Shown piece after piece: positions 12,791 through 24,370 of a stretch of DNA of 64,000 nucleotides. A program made the translations under genes and the position numbers. A model generated the notes under the pieces. That model worked only from the letters and a program-made list of their open reading frames with translations, did not search any database and was not told where the DNA came from. The stretch's first letter is position 1; each line of letters opens with the position of its first letter. The stretch is from Scyliorhinus canicula (taxonomy: Eukaryota): assembly GCF_902713615.1 (NCBI RefSeq), contig NW_024055456.1:1-64000 (forward strand), in the 5' to 3' direction.

Positions 12791-12989
12791 GTGTATAAAA
12801 CAAAGGAATTATTTGTGCAGGAGTTTGGTGTGAAAATGTCCACATACACTAACACTCAGAAAAAAACGCACATATGTCTTAATGTATATAATCTCGAACG
12901 TGTAACGACGAACATCACACTGGGCCCTACATTGATTAACATTAATCTTGGGCCGACCCTGCAATTGACCCTGTCTCGCTTTGTACGAA

Positions 12990-13270
12990 TGTATACCCTG
13001 AATCAGTAATCACTGTATTAGACCTTATCTCAGTTTTCGTTAATCTAGACCCTGCATCAATAATTACGGCACTAGAATCTGTCTCACTTTATATTAATCC
13101 CGACGCTCTAACAGCAATTAGTGCTCTAGAACCCTGTCAAAATTCACATTACTGAAGACCCCCCCCCCATCAGAAATCACTGCACTCGGCCTTGTCTCAG
13201 TTTATATTAATCTAGACCCTGTATCAGAAATTACTGTACTAGACCCTGTTTCAGATTATATTTAATTTAG
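12990..13270 (+). repeat. Degenerate 54-bp (2 x 27 bp) tandem repeat
   Basis: Alternating AGACCCTGTATCAGTAATCACTGCACT and AGACCCTGTCTCAGTTTATATTAATCT monomers. Related decayed tracts at ~2850-3060 and ~8890-9140. Confidence 0.65.
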
Positions 13271-13279
13271 GCTTTTTTG

Positions 13280-13600
13280 CATTACATAGAACAATAGAAG
13301 TATAGAAGCACAGACAATAGGTGGAGGAATAGGCCGTTCGGCCCCTTGAACTTGCTCTTCCATTCATTCTGATCGTTGCTGATCATCCAACTCAGTAAAC
13401 TGTTCTCGCTTTCCCTCCATATCCTATGATCCCTAAAGCCACAAGAGCTATATATAATTCCTTCCAGCAAACATACAATGTTTTTGCCTCAACTGTTTTG
13501 TGTGGTAGAGAATTCCACAGGCTCACCAGTCTAGGTCAATAAATTTCTCCTCATCTTTATCCTTAGACTGTTTCCCTGATTCTGGACTCCTCTCCATGAA
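13280..13600 (-). mobile_element. CR1-type LINE 3' end relic
   Basis: Reverse complement of the CR1 tail (ATAGGCCGTTCGGCCCCTTGAAC) and GAATTCCACAGG block. Confidence 0.7.
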
Positions 13601-13874
13601 TCTTTGCTGCACACCCTGTCTCCGTTATTATGAATATTTACCCTGTAACAGTAACCCCTGCATTAGAACCCTGCCCCAGCTATTGTGAATCCCGGCCTTT
13701 TCAAAGAATCATAGAATCCCGCAGTGCACAAGGAAGCCAATCGGCCCATCGACTCTGCACCCGCCCTCCAAAACGCCACCCCACTGAGGACCACTCCTCC
13801 ATCCTATCCCCATAACCCCACCTAACCTTTGCACACTCAGGGGAAATCTTTAGAGTCGCCAATCCACCTAACCT

Positions 13875-14640
13875 TGATTTGATTCATTTTGGAAGGAATA
13901 ACAGGAAGACAGAGTACTGGGCGAATGGTAAGATTCTTGGGAGTGTGAACGAGCAGAGAGATCTTGGTGTCCATGTCCATAGATCCCTGAAAGTTGCCAC
14001 CCAGGTTGAGAGGGTTGTTAAGAAGGCATACGGTGTGTTAGCTTTTATTGGGAGAGGAATTGAGTTTCGGAGCCATGTGGTCATGTTGCAGTTGAACAAA
14101 ACTCTGGTGCGGCCGCCTTTGGAGTATTGCGTGCAGTTCTGTCCGCCGCATTATAAGAAGGATGTGGAAGCATTGGAAATGGTACAGAGGAGATTTACAA
14201 GGATGTTTCCTGGTATGGAGGGAAGATCTTATGAGGAAAGGCTGAAGGACTTGAGGCTGTTTTCGTTAGAGAGAGAACAAGGTTAAGAGGTGACTAAATT
14301 GAGACATACAAGATGATCAGAGGATTAGATAGGTTGGACATTGAGAGCCTTTTTCCTCGGATGGTGACGTCCAGCACGAGGGTACATAGCTTTAAATTGA
14401 GGGAAGATAGATATAGGACAGATGTCAGAGGTAGATTCTTTACTCAGAGAGTAGTAATGGCGTGGAATGCCCTGCCTGCAACAGTAGTGGACTCGCCAAC
14501 TCTAAACGCATTCAAATGATCATTGGATAGGCAGATGAACGATAAGGGAATAGTGTAGATGGGCTTTAGAGTGGTTTTACAGGTCGGCGCAACATCGAGG
14601 GCTGAAGGGCCTGTACTTCACTGTAATGTTCTATGTTCTA
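13875..14640 (+). mobile_element. CR1-type LINE ORF2 3' fragment
   Basis: ORFs 13879-14286 and 14313-14519 (HFGRNN...DLGVHVHRSLKVATQV...LVRPPLEYCVQF; VVMAWNALP); GTTCTAT tail. Confidence 0.9.
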
Positions 14641-14922
14641 TGTAACCTGCGCATCTTTGGACTGTGGGAGGAAATTCTCGGTTTCCACTGCACTGTCTCC
14701 ACTTGTATTAATCAAGGCCCTGTTTTAGTAATTCCGGTAAACCGCCGGCTCTGTTTATTTAATGCCAGTTTCTGTACCTGTAAATGATGCGCTTCTCTCT
14801 ATTTTAGTTATTACTGTGCGAGACAATACCAATATTGATGGTGATGTGGAGATGCCGGCGTTGGACTGGGGTGAGCTCAGGAAGAAGTCTTACAACACAA
14901 GGTTGAAGTCCAACAGGTTTAC

Positions 14923-14969
14923 TTCAAACACTAGCTTTCGGAGCACTGTTCCTTCCTCAGGTGAATGAA
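14923..14969 (-). ncRNA. Minimal type I hammerhead ribozyme motif (PLE family A)
   Basis: Minus strand: TTCATTCAC-CTGAGGA-A-GGAAC-AGT-GCTCC-GAA-AGCT-A-GTGTTTGAA. Intact core, one mismatch in stem II, palindromic stem III, CUA cleavage triplet. Confidence 0.7.
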
Positions 14970-16303
14970 AAGGTATGTTCCAGAAACATATTTATCGACA
15001 AAGTCAAAGATGCCAGACAATGCTTCGAATGCGGGCATTTGCAGGGTCTTTACAGATCCAGAGATAGGGGTAACCCGAGGTTAAAGAGGTGTGAATTGTC
15101 TCAAGCCAGCACAGTTGGTAGGATTTTGCAAGCCCAAGCCAGATGGTGGGGGATGAATGAAATGTGACATGAATCCCAGGCCCCGTTTGAGGCCGCACTC
15201 GTGTAGGCGGAACTTGGCTATAAGTTTCTGCTCGGCGATTCTCCGTTCTTGCAGGTCACCTCACAATGTTCCACTTCTCCAGCTTCCACCCTAAACATAC
15301 TAAAGAATCCATCCCCTATGGACAAGCCCTCCGTATACACAGGATCTGCACAGACGAGGAGGAGCGTAACAGACATCTACAGACGCTGAGTGATGCCCTC
15401 GCACGAACGAGATATGGTGTTTGACTCATCGATCAACAGTTCCAATGCGCCACAGCAAGAAAACGCACCAACCTCCTCAGAAGACAAACACGGGACACAA
15501 CCGACAGAGTACCCTTCATCATCCAGTACTTTCCCGGAGAGGAGAAACTATGACATCTTCTTCGCAGCATTCAACACATCATCGATGAAGATGAACATAT
15601 TGCCAAGGTCATCCCCACACCCTCACTACTTGCCTTCAAACAACCGCGCAACCTCAAACAAACCATTGTTGGCAGCAAACTACCCAGCCTTCAGAACAGC
15701 GACCACGACACCACACAACCCTGCCAGGGCAATCTCTGCAAGACATGCCAGATCATCGACATGGATACCACCATTACACGTGAGAACACCACCCACTAGG
15801 TACATACTAGTGCAACTTGGCCAACGTTGTCTACCTCATACGCTGCAGGAAAGGATGTCCTGAAGCGTTTTACATTGGTGACACCATGCAGGCGCTGCAA
15901 CAAGGAATGAACGGACATCGTGCGACAATCACCAGGCAGGAATGTTCCCTTCCAGTCTGGGAACACTTCAGCAGTCGAGGGCATTCAGCCTCTGATCTCC
16001 GGGTAAGTGTTCTCCAAGGCGGCCCACAGGACACGCGATAACGCAGAATCGCCGAGCAGAAATTTATAGCCAAGTTCCGCACACATGAGTGCGGCCTCAA
16101 TCGGGACCTGGGATTCATGTTGCATTACATTCATCCCCCACCATCTGGCCTGGGCTTCCAAAATCCTACCAACTCTCCTGGCTTGAGACAATTCACACCT
16201 CTTTAACCTGGGGTTACCCCTATCTCTGGATCTGTAAAAATGTAATTACCTGCAAATGCTCGCATTCTAAGCATTGTCTTGCATCTTTGAATTGTCTACA
16301 TAT

Positions 16304-16647
16304 AGAATAGAATAGAATAGTACAGCACAGAACAGGCCCTTCGGCCCTCGATGTTGTGCCGAACAATGATCACCCTACTCAAACCCACGTAGTCACCCTA
16401 TACCCGTAACCCAACAATCCCCCCTTTACCTTACTTTTTAGGACACTACGGGCAATTTAGCATCGCCAATCCACCTAACCCGCACATATTTGGACTGTGG
16501 GAGGAAACCGGAGCACCCGGAGGAAACCCACGCACACACGGGGAGGACGTGCAGACTCCACACAGACAGTGACCCAGCCGGGAACCGAACCTGGGACCCT
16601 GGAGCTGTGAAGCATTTATGCTAACCACCATGCTACCCTGCTGCCCC
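16304..16647 (-). mobile_element. HE1-type SINE nested in the Penelope pLTR
   Basis: Full head, core and tail inserted in the (TA)n tract of the pLTR; compare the uninterrupted tract at ~33005-33030. Confidence 0.9.
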
Positions 16648-16683
16648 AATGTGCTGCCCCAATATGTTTATGGAACATACCTC

Positions 16684-16730
16684 TTCATTCACGTGAGGAA
16701 GGAGCAGTGCTCTGAAAGCTAGGGTTTGAA
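16684..16730 (+). ncRNA. Degenerate hammerhead motif (PLE family A)
   Basis: TTCATTCAC-GTGAGGA-A-GGAGCAGTGCTCT-GAA-AGCT-A-GGGTTTGAA. C3 is mutated to G and stem I is disturbed, so probably inactive. Confidence 0.55.
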
Positions 16731-17559
16731 AAAAACCTGCTGGACTATAACCTGGTGTTGTAAGACTTCTTACAATATTAATCGTGCAATGGGTTACATC
16801 TCATTTATTACCGCACCCCTCCATATCTCTGTTTAAAATAAAATAGATCCTTTCTCAGTTCTCTCTAAATTAGACCCTCTCAGTGTTTTTATCTTTCGGT
16901 ATTATTCCAGTTATTAATACATCAGATCATGATTCTGTGGCCTGTATAATTTACTCTAGTTGAGTTTTTACTTGTAGTTAGACCATTTACTGCACATTGT
17001 GTTTCGTAGTATTACATTCATCCCGGCTTCAGTTATCACTGTACTTAACCCTGTACCAAGTTTTATTATACTTGGTCTTGTCTCTGGAATGATTGAACAG
17101 GACCATGTTTCGTTTTATCCTTCCCTCAGCATTGTATCTGTGTATATAATTCTATCTACAGTTAAACATTTGAATAAGAAGGACCATGTTTCTATACATA
17201 CTACCATTTCTCAGTTATGACTGCACGAGATTCTGTTTACTGTTTTAACAAATAGGTGCAGTCGCATTCAGAAATGCACTGAGCAACACATCTCTCTCCT
17301 GCAATTGACTCTTTTTTAAACATTGCATTAGACCTTATATCTATTAATATTACATTATGTGCGGATTAATTAATGGATGCATGAATCTATGCTGCTATAC
17401 ATGTTAGAAGTCACCATTTCGGAGCAGTTGTTCAACTGCACCAAGTTTCCATTTATATTATGTTGAGCCCATTCTCTGATATTATTTTGTTAGACTCGGT
17501 TTCATTCAGGGCTGAAGTCTTCCCCCACAGAATAATGTAACAGATTTATTTTCATTGAT

Positions 17560-19370
17560 TCCCGCACAATCAACATCCTGGGGGTTGTCATTGACCGGAA
17601 ACTGAATTGGCAAGCCAGACGAATGATGTGGCCTCCAGAGCAGTTCAAAGGGTAGAGATCCTGTGGCGAGTAACTCAAATCCCGATTGCCCAAAGCCTGT
17701 CCATCACCTGCTAGGCAAAAATCTGAAGTGTAATGGAATAAAAGCTCCACTTCTCTGGAGTGCAGCTTCAACAAATCTCAAGAAGCTTTCCACCATCATG
17801 GACTTCAGTAAAGCATTTGATAAAGTTTCCCATGGCAGGTTGATGGAAAAAGTGAAGTCGTATGGGGTTCAGGGTGTACTGGCTAGATGGATAAAGAACT
17901 GGCTGGGTAACAGGAGACAGAGAGTAGTGGTGGAAGGGAGTGCCTCAAAATGGAGAAAGGTGACTAGTGGTGTTCCACAGTGATCCGTGCTCGGACCACT
18001 GTTGTTTGTGATATACATAAATGATCTGGACGAAGGTATAAGTAGTCTGATGAGCAGGTTTGCAGATGATACTAAGATTGGTGGAGTTGCAGATAGCGAG
18101 GCGGACTGTCAGAGAATACAGCAAAATATAGATAGATTGGAGTGTTGGGCAGAGAAATGGCAGATGGAGTTCAATCCAGGCAATGTGAGGTGATGTATTT
18201 TGGAAGATTTAACTCAAGAGCAGACTGTATGGTCAATGGAAGAGTCTTGAGGAAAATTGATGTCCAGAGAGAACTGGGAGTTCAGGTCCATTGTACCCTG
18301 AAGGTGGCAACGCAGGTTGATAGAGTGGTCAAGAAGGCATACAGCATGCTTGCCTTCATCGGACGGGGTATTGAGTACAAGACTAGGCGGGTCATGTTAC
18401 AGTTGTATAGGACTTTGGTTAGGCCACATTAGGAATACTGCGTGCAGTTCTGGTCGCCACATTACCAGAAGGATGTGGATGCTTTAGAGAGGGTGCAGAG
18501 GAGGTTCACCAGGATGTTACCTGGTATGGAGGGTGCTAGCTATGAAGAAAGGTTGAGTAGATTAGGATTGTTTTCGTTGGAAAGATGGAGGTTGAGGGGA
18601 GACCTGATTGAGGTCGACAAAATTATGAGAGGTATGGACAGGGTGGATAGCAACAAGCTTTTTCCAAGAGTGGGGGTGTCAGTTCCTACAAGGAGTCATG
18701 ATTTCGAGGTGAGAGGTGAAAAGTTTAAGGGAGATGTGCGTGGAACGTTTCTTACGCAGAGGGCGGTGGGTGCCTGGAATGCTTTGCCAGCGGAGGTGTT
18801 AGAGGCGGGTACGACAGCATCATTTCAAATGCATCTGGGCAGATATATGTACAGGTGGGGAACAGAGAGAAGTAGACCTTGGTAAATAGGGAACAGGTTT
18901 AGATAAAGGATCTGGATCGGCAGAGACTGGGAGGGCCGAAGGGCCTGTTCCTGTGCTGTAATTTTCTTTGTTCTTTGTTCTTTGTACCATCCAGGACAAA
19001 TCAGTCGCTTGATTGTTGCCATCCACAAGATTTACTGTTGGAACTAATGATGGTTTCATATTCAGCATCGACCAGACCCACGGCTACAACCATCAACAAG
19101 GACAAGAACAGCAGATAATTTGGAACATCAACACCTGGAGGTTCCTCTCCAAATCACTCAACACTTTGACTTGGAAATATATCGCCGTTCCTTCACTGTG
19201 GCTGGGTGAAAATACTTGATTTCTCTCGCTCATACAGTATGGGTGCAACTGCATATCAGGGATTGCAGCGATTCAAACGGCAGCTCACCACCACCTTCAG
19301 AATGGCAACTTGGAATGGGCCATAATTGCTGACCAATCAGTGGCGCCATATCGCGCAATTGAATGAAAAA
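17560..19370 (+). mobile_element. Second non-LTR family (L2/CR1-clade-like) 3' fragment, host of a nested CR1
   Basis: Halves at 17560-17797 and 18986-19370 read continuously once the insert is removed. The same family occurs on the minus strand at ~26020-26960. Confidence 0.65.
17798..18985 (+). mobile_element. CR1-type LINE, 5'-truncated, nested
   Basis: MDFSKAFDKVSHGRL...SGVPQ*SVLGPLLFVIYINDL...FADDTKIGG through to the TTCTTTG tail. 6-bp TSD ACCATC at 17792-17797 and 18986-18991. Confidence 0.92.
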
Positions 19371-19395
19371 AATAAAGGTTGTCTAAACGATAGGC

Positions 19396-19494
19396 AGATA
19401 GATAGATAGGTAGGTAGGTAGATAGATAGATAGATATAAAGAAAGAAAGAAAGAAAGATATAAAGAAAGATATAAAGAAAGAAAGAAAGATATA

Positions 19495-19574
<80 letters not shown>

Positions 19575-19576
19575 AG
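19396..19576. repeat. Compound (GATA)n/(AAAG)n microsatellite
   Basis: Directly visible. Confidence 0.97.
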
Positions 19577-20451
19577 GAATTTTATTTTCAATATATTGAA
19601 TGTTTTTTATTCGTTCATGGTGTGTGGATGTCGCTGGCTGATCCTACAGTTCTTACACATCCCTGAGGGCATTTAAGTGTCAACCACATTGCTGTAGAGT
19701 CATCTGGAGTCATATGTAGACCACACGAGTTAAGGGCGACAGGTGTCCTTCCCTGAAGGATATCAGTGAACCAGATGCGGTTTGATTACACAGAACAATG
19801 GTTTCATTGTCATCATTAGACTTTTAAGTCCAGATCATTCTTGATTCAAATTTCACCAGCAGCCGTGGTGGGAGCCCGGGTCCCCAGAGCTTGACTCTGG
19901 GTCTCTGGATTACTAGTCCAGCGACAATACCACTGCGCCACTGCCTTGTGCGTGGAAAGGGGCACTCACTTGTGTTTGGAAGAATACATTTTGTCGTGTC
20001 AATAAGTATTAGCTGTTATGGAAGTTCGTTGCAAAGGCAAATACATCTTTAAATCTGCCGATCTGTTCTCATCTCTTTGTTTCAGACTAAACCTAGATTA
20101 ATTAATGTCTCTGTTCTCTCTCAGACTTAATTCACTTACAAAAGCACAATGAATAACTATTTGGTGTTGTGTGATTTGTCTGGTAATGGGTGTGTAATAT
20201 TTTGCTATAAGGTTGGAGCGAATCTTATGACATTCACTTCATCACCAGGCGGAGGAACAGAAACACAGGAGCCATATTGAACTTCACATTGCACAACACA
20301 GTCACAAACTCCATTGTGTTGGATATGACTAATTCAGCCTTGTGTTCATTTGTGGCAATTACCCATTGTTTCCTTTCATGGTCCGAATTGTATTTCACCC
20401 TTTTTGCTGAATGGATTTCTGTTTGCTTTTGCTGTGGCCACTGATTGTGAG

Positions 20452-20594
20452 NNNNNNNNNNNNNNNNNNNNNNNNNNNNNNNNNNNNNNNNNNNNNNNNN
20501 NNNNNNNNNNNNNNNNNNNNNNNNNNNNNNNNNNNNNNNNNNNNNNNNNNNNNNNNNNNNNNNNNNNNNNNNNNNNNNNNNNNNNNNNNNNNNN
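20452..20594. other. Assembly gap (143 N)
   Basis: Run of N. Confidence 1.
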
Positions 20595-21374
20595 GTCTAT
20601 GTGGGCCGGTTAGTCTGGAACACATCATTATTCAGTGTTTGCAAAATGGCGTTGCCAATAATTGCAATTATTTTTCAGCAGATGACGATATTTTATTGAG
20701 ATTACCTTCCACATCCTATGCTACCCCTAATATGTACTTGTAATGTATTGTCCTGTGTGATCTAGACAGTAATATCAAGCTGTCCATTCCATTGAAAAGG
20801 CAAATGTATCTTTCAAATTACTTACAAATCGGTTCAGCTCGCTTTCTCTGTCTCAGGCTGCACCTAAATCAGTTGAACCCTCTTCTCTCTCTCAGACTTA
20901 ACTCACTCACACAGGCACACAGCAGCCGAGTCTGGAACCTAGTGTTTAAATGGCACCTCGTGTTTAAATCTTTTTTACTGAAGGCACTTCTGGAAATAAT
21001 TAAGCACCAAAACGTCATCAGAGGAAAATTCTGTGCCAGAAAGGCACCAGCTCATTCATTTAAACGCTCTGCCCCCCCCCCCCCTCTCGCTCTGACATCA
21101 AGTACCTTCAAACTTTCTACATTAGTATAACCTCTGTTAACAGATTGTTGCTTTAATTTCCCTTCAACTCTCCAGATTAATATTAGTATTATGACCACTG
21201 AAGATCATCTGTGCATCTCCCGATCGGTTACTGTGCTTCTAAACAAATAATCTAACTTTTTCAAGGCAATGGGAATGGAGGTGAATGTAATGCTGAGACC
21301 GGCAGTAATCTGTGTGGGTGTTCTTGATGCTGTCACAGTGAGATCAGCCTCACAGGCAGGAAGACTGTTCACGG

Positions 21375-21572
21375 TGATAACATGAAACTGACGCCTGCTG
21401 TTTCATTCTCAGGTAACACAACTTCCTGTTTCTCTGCTGCCGGTTCCAAACCGCACATCTCACTTCTGAACAGAAAATAAATCCAGGGACCACAATCTGG
21501 TGAGAACATCTGTTAATGCGGCTTATCGCTGCCCACAGAGTCAGTGCAGACTCACACAGATCACATTGCGGT
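21375..21572. promoter_or_regulatory. Candidate lymphoid enhancer (ETS/RUNX/GATA/E-box cluster)
   Basis: ACTTCCTGT 21421, AACCGCA 21449, ACCACA 21489, TGCGGT 21567, TGATAA 21375, CTTATC 21522, CATCTG 21507, all in non-repeat sequence. Motif inspection only. Confidence 0.3.
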
Positions 21573-22456
21573 GACATTTACAAATCAACCTGTTGTGATC
21601 TGTTCGAACCTTCCATTCCATGAAATAACTGGATGGTCAGTGGATCAGTCACTGAGTTTCCCCGGTTCTCTGAAGCCAGGAAATTATATCTCGCCCCATT
21701 TCACTATTTTATCATTCTCCCTCTCTGTGTGCAATTTGCTTTTACTGTTTCTCAGCCTTTATCTCCCACACAGCGTCTTTTTCTCATTTCTTCGCTCAGT
21801 TTTACTCTCTCTCTCTGTGTCTTTCTCCATCTTTATGTGTGTCTGTTTAATTAAACTTCTAAAACAAAACCATCAAGGTTTGAATAGAGTAATTAAAGAG
21901 AGACTATTACAACTGGCAGGAGGGTCTGTAACCAGAGGACACAGATTTACTGTGTTGAACAGGAGGGTTGTTTTTACACAGCCAGTTGTTATAAACTGGA
22001 ACACACAAGGGGAAATTATGATGGAATCAGATTTAACAGCAACTTTGGAAAATGATGGATAAATATTTGAAGGTATTAAGACCTGAAGGATGAGTGGGAA
22101 TGGGACCAGTTGGATGGATCATCTCTAATCATTGTCCCAGCACCTTTTCTGTATCTAACCCTGTCCTTCGTTGAGACCGAATAAAATACAATCATTACAC
22201 AGCTTTGCTCTTGTGCTAATCCTGTCTTTAGGCAGAACCTGGGTGTGTGTCGATAATTGCCACGAATCTTTCAGAGGTTCATTGTTGTTTGCAATCCACT
22301 ACTTTGGACAAAGTAACAGTGAATAGCACTTGTTTCGAAAAAGAACAATTATCGTTAACATTTGTGGCACTAATTCTTCCTGTGATGAGGCTTTGGCTTT
22401 TAGTCTTTGTGAGATAATCTGATGATTTAAACCTAAGTGCCCATAATTTGAGACGG

Positions 22457-22680
22457 TACGTTGGTGCAGTGGTTAGCACTGCGGCCTGCGCTTCTGAGGA
22501 CTCGAGTTCGATCCCGGTCCTGGGTCACTGTCCGTGTGGAGTTTGCACCTTCTCCCCGTGTCTGTGTGGGTTTCACCCCCACAACCCAAAACTGTGAAGG
22601 GTCGGTGGATTGGCCACGCTAAATTGCCCCTTAATTGAAAATATAAATAAATGGATACTCTAAATTTACAAAATAAATGT
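22457..22680 (+). mobile_element. V-SINE
   Basis: GGTGCAGTGGTTAGCACTGC head, GTTCGATCCC B-box, V-core, A-rich tail. Confidence 0.85.
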
Positions 22681-23049
22681 AGTGTCCATAAGCTGCCGGA
22701 ACCGGCTCTTGCGTGTCTGTGTAAATGGAGAACTGTTCGTAACAATAAGAAGAAACAGATGGTTTTGTTTCCCCCGACAGAGGCACCATTATCGAGTCTG
22801 CCATAATTGTCCTCCCATTAGCTATAAACGATCCAGGTGGAGTCAATCACACGCACCTCACTCAATTAAGTTTCCAATCCGCTTTTCCCACACACATCCC
22901 TGTCACTCAGCATGATAATGAAGCCTGGGCTGGGGCCCGGAGCATCATTGCTTTCCGATAGTTTCACTTCCTCTTAAAATCAGCTGTTCATGAGGTCCCC
23001 TGCCTCCCTTCACAGAAGATTATCACCAGTCTCTGTTACTGATACACTG

Positions 23050-23650
23050 GGTCTCTGTGATTATTATTATACCAGACCCCAGTCTGACCCCGGGCCCGAC
23101 AGTCTCTGTTATTGATACACTGGAGCCGGTCTCTGTGATTATTATTATACCTGACCCCAGTCTGACCCCGGGCCCGGCAGTCTCTGTTATTGATACACTG
23201 GAGCCGGTCTCTGTGATTATTATTATCCCTGACCCCAGTCTGACCCCGGGCCAGGCAGCCTCTGTTATTGATACACTGGAGCCGGTCCCTGTGATTATTA
23301 TTATACAAGACCCCAGTCTGACCCCGGGCCCGGCAGTCTCTGTTATTGATACACTGGAGCCGGTCTCTGTGATTATTATTATACCAGACCCCAGTCTGAC
23401 CCCGGGCCCGGCAGTCTCTGTTATTGATGCACTGGAGCCGGTCTCTGTGATTATTATTATACCAGACCCCAGTCTGACGCCGGGCCGGTAGTCTCTGTTA
23501 TTGATACACTGGAGCTGGTCTCTGTGATTATTATTATACCAGACCCCAGTCTGATCCCGGGCCCGGCAGTCTCTGTTATTGATACAATGGAGCCGGTCTC
23601 TGTGATTATTATGATACCAGATTCTATGTATCTATGTATTAGACCCCGGT
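23050..23650. repeat. 78-bp minisatellite, about 7.5 copies
   Basis: Unit starts at 23050, 23128, 23206, 23284, 23362, 23440, 23518 and 23596. This explains the 26-aa repeat ORF 23057-23491. Confidence 0.97.
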
Positions 23651-23759
23651 CTGTTTCCGGGTTCCGGCAGTTGTAAATCACTTCACAAATCCATGGAGAG
23701 TGAAGATGTTTGTTTTTTTCGAAGTTGGAAGGAATGTCAAACATCAATGATGTCCCAGG

Positions 23760-23950
23760 AGAGCGGCACGGTGGCACTACTGTCTCACGGCGTTGAGGAC
23801 GCGGGTCAGATCCCGGCCCCGGATGCACATTCTCCCCGTGACTGTGTGAGTCACCCCCTTCCAACCCAATGATATGCACCGTGCTGGATTGGCCACACTA
23901 CAGGCCCTTTAATTGGAAAGAAAAAAATGGGTACTTTAAATTAATAAAAG
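23760..23950 (+). mobile_element. Degenerate V-SINE
   Basis: GAGCGGCACGGTGGCAC head, partial V-core, ACTTTAAATTAATAAAA tail. Confidence 0.65.
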
Positions 23951-24089
23951 AATGATGTCCCAGGAACCCGAGTTTCACTGGATGTAGATGGATGGTTCAG
24001 AGTTGTTCTGTCCTTCACCCTTTAGATTCTGAGGGGGTAAGATAGCGTACATGTAGGGAGGATCTTTTCACTCATTGGATAGTGTCTGC

Positions 24090-24370
24090 CCAGTGGGTAG
24101 GGACACAGAATAAGCCGGATTTGAGGAAGGTTTTGTTCTCTGAAAGAGTGGTGAACCTTTTGAATTCGTCACCCCAGGAAGCTGTGGAGAACGAGTCATT
24201 GACCATTTTCAATGCTGAGATCGAAAGGTTTTTAATCAGGAACGGCATAAATGTTTACGGAAATTACGCTTGAATGTGGATTTAGTGAGTGTTCGATCAG
24301 CCATGAATCTGACATATTCAATGGTGAAGCGGGCTCGAAGGGCTGAATGGCCGACTTCTGGTCCTAATTC
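24090..24370 (+). mobile_element. CR1-type 3' relic
   Basis: ORF 24082-24273 FSERVVNLLNSSPQEAVE; GGGCTCGAAGGGCTGAATGGCC tail. Confidence 0.75.

Larger units (their letters stand above)
14844..16772 (+). mobile_element. Penelope-like element family A: 5'-truncated body with inverted upstream pLTR
   Basis: Plus-strand RT C-terminus and GIY-YIG endonuclease (NVVYLIRCRKGCPEAFYIGDT...HRATI...EHFSS...LNRDLG). An inverted copy of the 3' end lies at ~14844-15247. Imperfect 14-bp TSD CAATATT(G/A)AT(G/C)GTG at 14830-14843 and 16773-16786. Confidence 0.9.

Noticed and set aside
20149-20275. Leader-like ATG exon and GGGT (J-like) motif
   Set aside because: No Phe/Trp before the GGGT, no RSS, no splice donor at the J position, and no V exon recognised; the nearby gap limits certainty.
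23057-23491. 144-aa repetitive protein
   Set aside because: Translation of the 78-bp minisatellite; open on both strands because the unit is a multiple of 3.
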